Below, piece after piece: positions 24,376 to 25,614 of a stretch of 25,614 nt of DNA. How positions within the stretch are numbered: the stretch's first letter is position 1; each line of letters opens with the position of its first letter. A program made the translations under genes and the position numbers. Under the pieces are notes generated by a model. The model was not told the DNA's origin. It was given only the letters and a program-made list of their open reading frames with translations, and did not search any database. The DNA comes from a virus (lineage: Duplodnaviria > Caudoviricetes): positions 1-25,614 of the IMG/VR virus record IMGVR_UViG_3300032330_000602; one strand, given 5' to 3'.

Positions 24376-24741
24376 TTAGTAAGGCGTTTTGGCGTAGCGG
24401 GCGGCGATGCACGCCACGGCTTTAATCGTCACACTGGTTCCGCCGGTGACGACGGGGCGGATGAAAGCCGGGTTTTCATTAGCCAGATGGAGCGATGCCG
24501 TGGTATAGGCCATGTCACTAGTGCCGCTGCGCTGAGTCATTGGATGCCAAACACTGTTGTCGTTGGACCCCTGCCAAGTAGTTGTGGAGCCGCCGATTGT
24601 CCCTGACTGCTGCAAGCTCAGGTCTGCCGCAAAGGCGATCGGGACGCCACCGCCAACGTCGCCGGTCGTCATGGCGTCCCAAGTTACAAGAATGACGCCC
24701 GGAACGGTGTTGCGGTCAACGGTTGGATTGATAGTAGCCAT
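24376..24741 (-). CDS. Small beta-rich hypothetical protein (121 aa)
   Basis: SD AAGGA; SGTIGGSTTTWQGSNDNSVW and FIRPVVTGG motifs. Confidence 0.8.
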   Translation of the reverse strand: MATINPTVDRNTVPGVILVTWDAMTTGDVGGGVPIAFAADLSLQQSGTIGGSTTTWQGSNDNSVWHPMTQRSGTSDMAYTTASLHLANENPAFIRPVVTGGTSVTIKAVACIAARYAKTPY

Positions 24742-24765
24742 GATGGTTTCCTTTGTTGGTGAGGG

Positions 24766-25614
24766 TCAATACCCGGTGGTCGGGTCAAAAATATTTGGGG
24801 CCAGCGTTGGGGCCATGCGGCTGTTGCGCATGCGGCCTTCGGCTTCTTCCTGTGTCTTGGCAAATCGGCGCATCATCATGCCGTACCGTGTCGCAGACAT
24901 CAAGTCATCGCTGATTTTAACGACCATGCCATCCTTGCGGTGGTATAGCCTGAATTCTTCAAACCAGTCTTCCAAATGGGCGAACACCCGAAGGCGCATC
25001 GTCTGCATGCGGGTGAGCATCTCGGACAGGCCGGCCTCTACGGCATTGCTGCCGTCCTCAAACGTAGCCCGGTTGGGCAGCATGTTCAGGCCTTGGTCCT
25101 TGTACTGCTTGGCCAACTGCTCTCCGCTGCCGCCCTTGTCGCGCTGCAAGCCGTCATGCGGCCATGCAATCGGCACCCACTCGCCGCGTGCCCGAACGGC
25201 CATCGAGTGGCCAGCGATGCCGGGCTCACTGCGACGGTAGCAGTCGGTCACATACAAAATGTCGCTGTCTTTATCCCACGCCAGCCACACGACGGCGGTC
25301 GGGTGATCGACGCCGAAGTCGATGGCCGCGATGCGCGACCAATGCGGCGGGATCGGAAAAGCCCGGATCTTGATCGCCTCCTCCACCACGGGGAAGACGC
25401 GGCCAGATCCCAAAATCGGTATGCCCTTGGCCCGGGCCTCGCGCTCGTGCTCCGGGTAGCTGGCGATGATGGCCGCTGCCTGCTCGGGCGTGTAGTGCTC
25501 GGCGTCGCTGATCGTCATGTTGGTGACGGTCGATCCGGCCGGCTTCTCCAGCAAGAATCGCTTGACCACTTCGGACATGCCTAGCAGGGGCGTGAACGTC
25601 ACGAAGACCTGACC
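24766..25614 (-). CDS. terL: Terminase large subunit, C-terminal part (5' end outside the window)
   Basis: Frame open to the window edge (GQVFVTFTPLLGMSEVV, coupling motif TFTP); RNase H-type nuclease motifs AIDFGVDHPTA, WPHDG and DDLMSATRY, P22 gp2-like. Confidence 0.95.
   Translation of the reverse strand, partial: GQVFVTFTPLLGMSEVVKRFLLEKPAGSTVTNMTISDAEHYTPEQAAAIIASYPEHEREARAKGIPILGSGRVFPVVEEAIKIRAFPIPPHWSRIAAIDFGVDHPTAVVWLAWDKDSDILYVTDCYRRSEPGIAGHSMAVRARGEWVPIAWPHDGLQRDKGGSGEQLAKQYKDQGLNMLPNRATFEDGSNAVEAGLSEMLTRMQTMRLRVFAHLEDWFEEFRLYHRKDGMVVKISDDLMSATRYGMMMRRFAKTQEEAEGRMRNSRMAPTLAPNIFDPTTGY

Noticed and set aside
22160-25584. Long plus-strand ORFs (e.g. 22360..23031, 23353..24021, 24557..25240, 24976..25584) and the other plus-strand ORFs in the track
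   Set aside because: They are antisense shadows of GC-rich minus-strand genes, with no SD or recognisable motifs, and overlap better-supported genes.
1-25614. Stop-codon reassignment, tRNA genes, introns/inteins, integrase or att sites
   Set aside because: Genes tile the minus strand densely in the standard code using TAA, TGA and TAG stops; no intergenic gap shows a tRNA cloverleaf; no split genes or recombinase motifs were seen.

Overview
The whole window is the virion-morphogenesis and lysis arm of a tailed dsDNA phage with a podovirus-like layout, and every credible gene is on the minus strand. In reading order (right to left) it holds: terminase large subunit (5' end cut off), a small beta-rich gene, portal, two orphan low-complexity genes, a Bbp19-like small gene, scaffold, N4-gp56-family major capsid protein, two probable decoration proteins, a 140-aa gene, head-tail adaptor, nozzle, a repeat-built tail fibre, a double glycine-rich putative adhesin and a fibre chaperone. 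A six-gene lysis cluster follows, including two micro-ORFs that the ORF track missed or mis-started, and then a P22-style ejection-protein block that runs off the left edge. The most notable unexplained signals are: (1) a regulatory cassette present twice with identical spacing (TAAAAT-N5-CGGG-N4-GTGCGCCC, hairpin, intrinsic terminator), once in front of the head genes and once in front of the ejection genes, suggesting antitermination-gated late transcription; (2) 19 consecutive N/Q-rich 11-residue repeats resembling the phiX174 H DNA tube; (3) short motifs shared among putative internal proteins; (4) footprints of module swapping in the fibre. All family assignments come from motif recognition and gene order, not from database searches.
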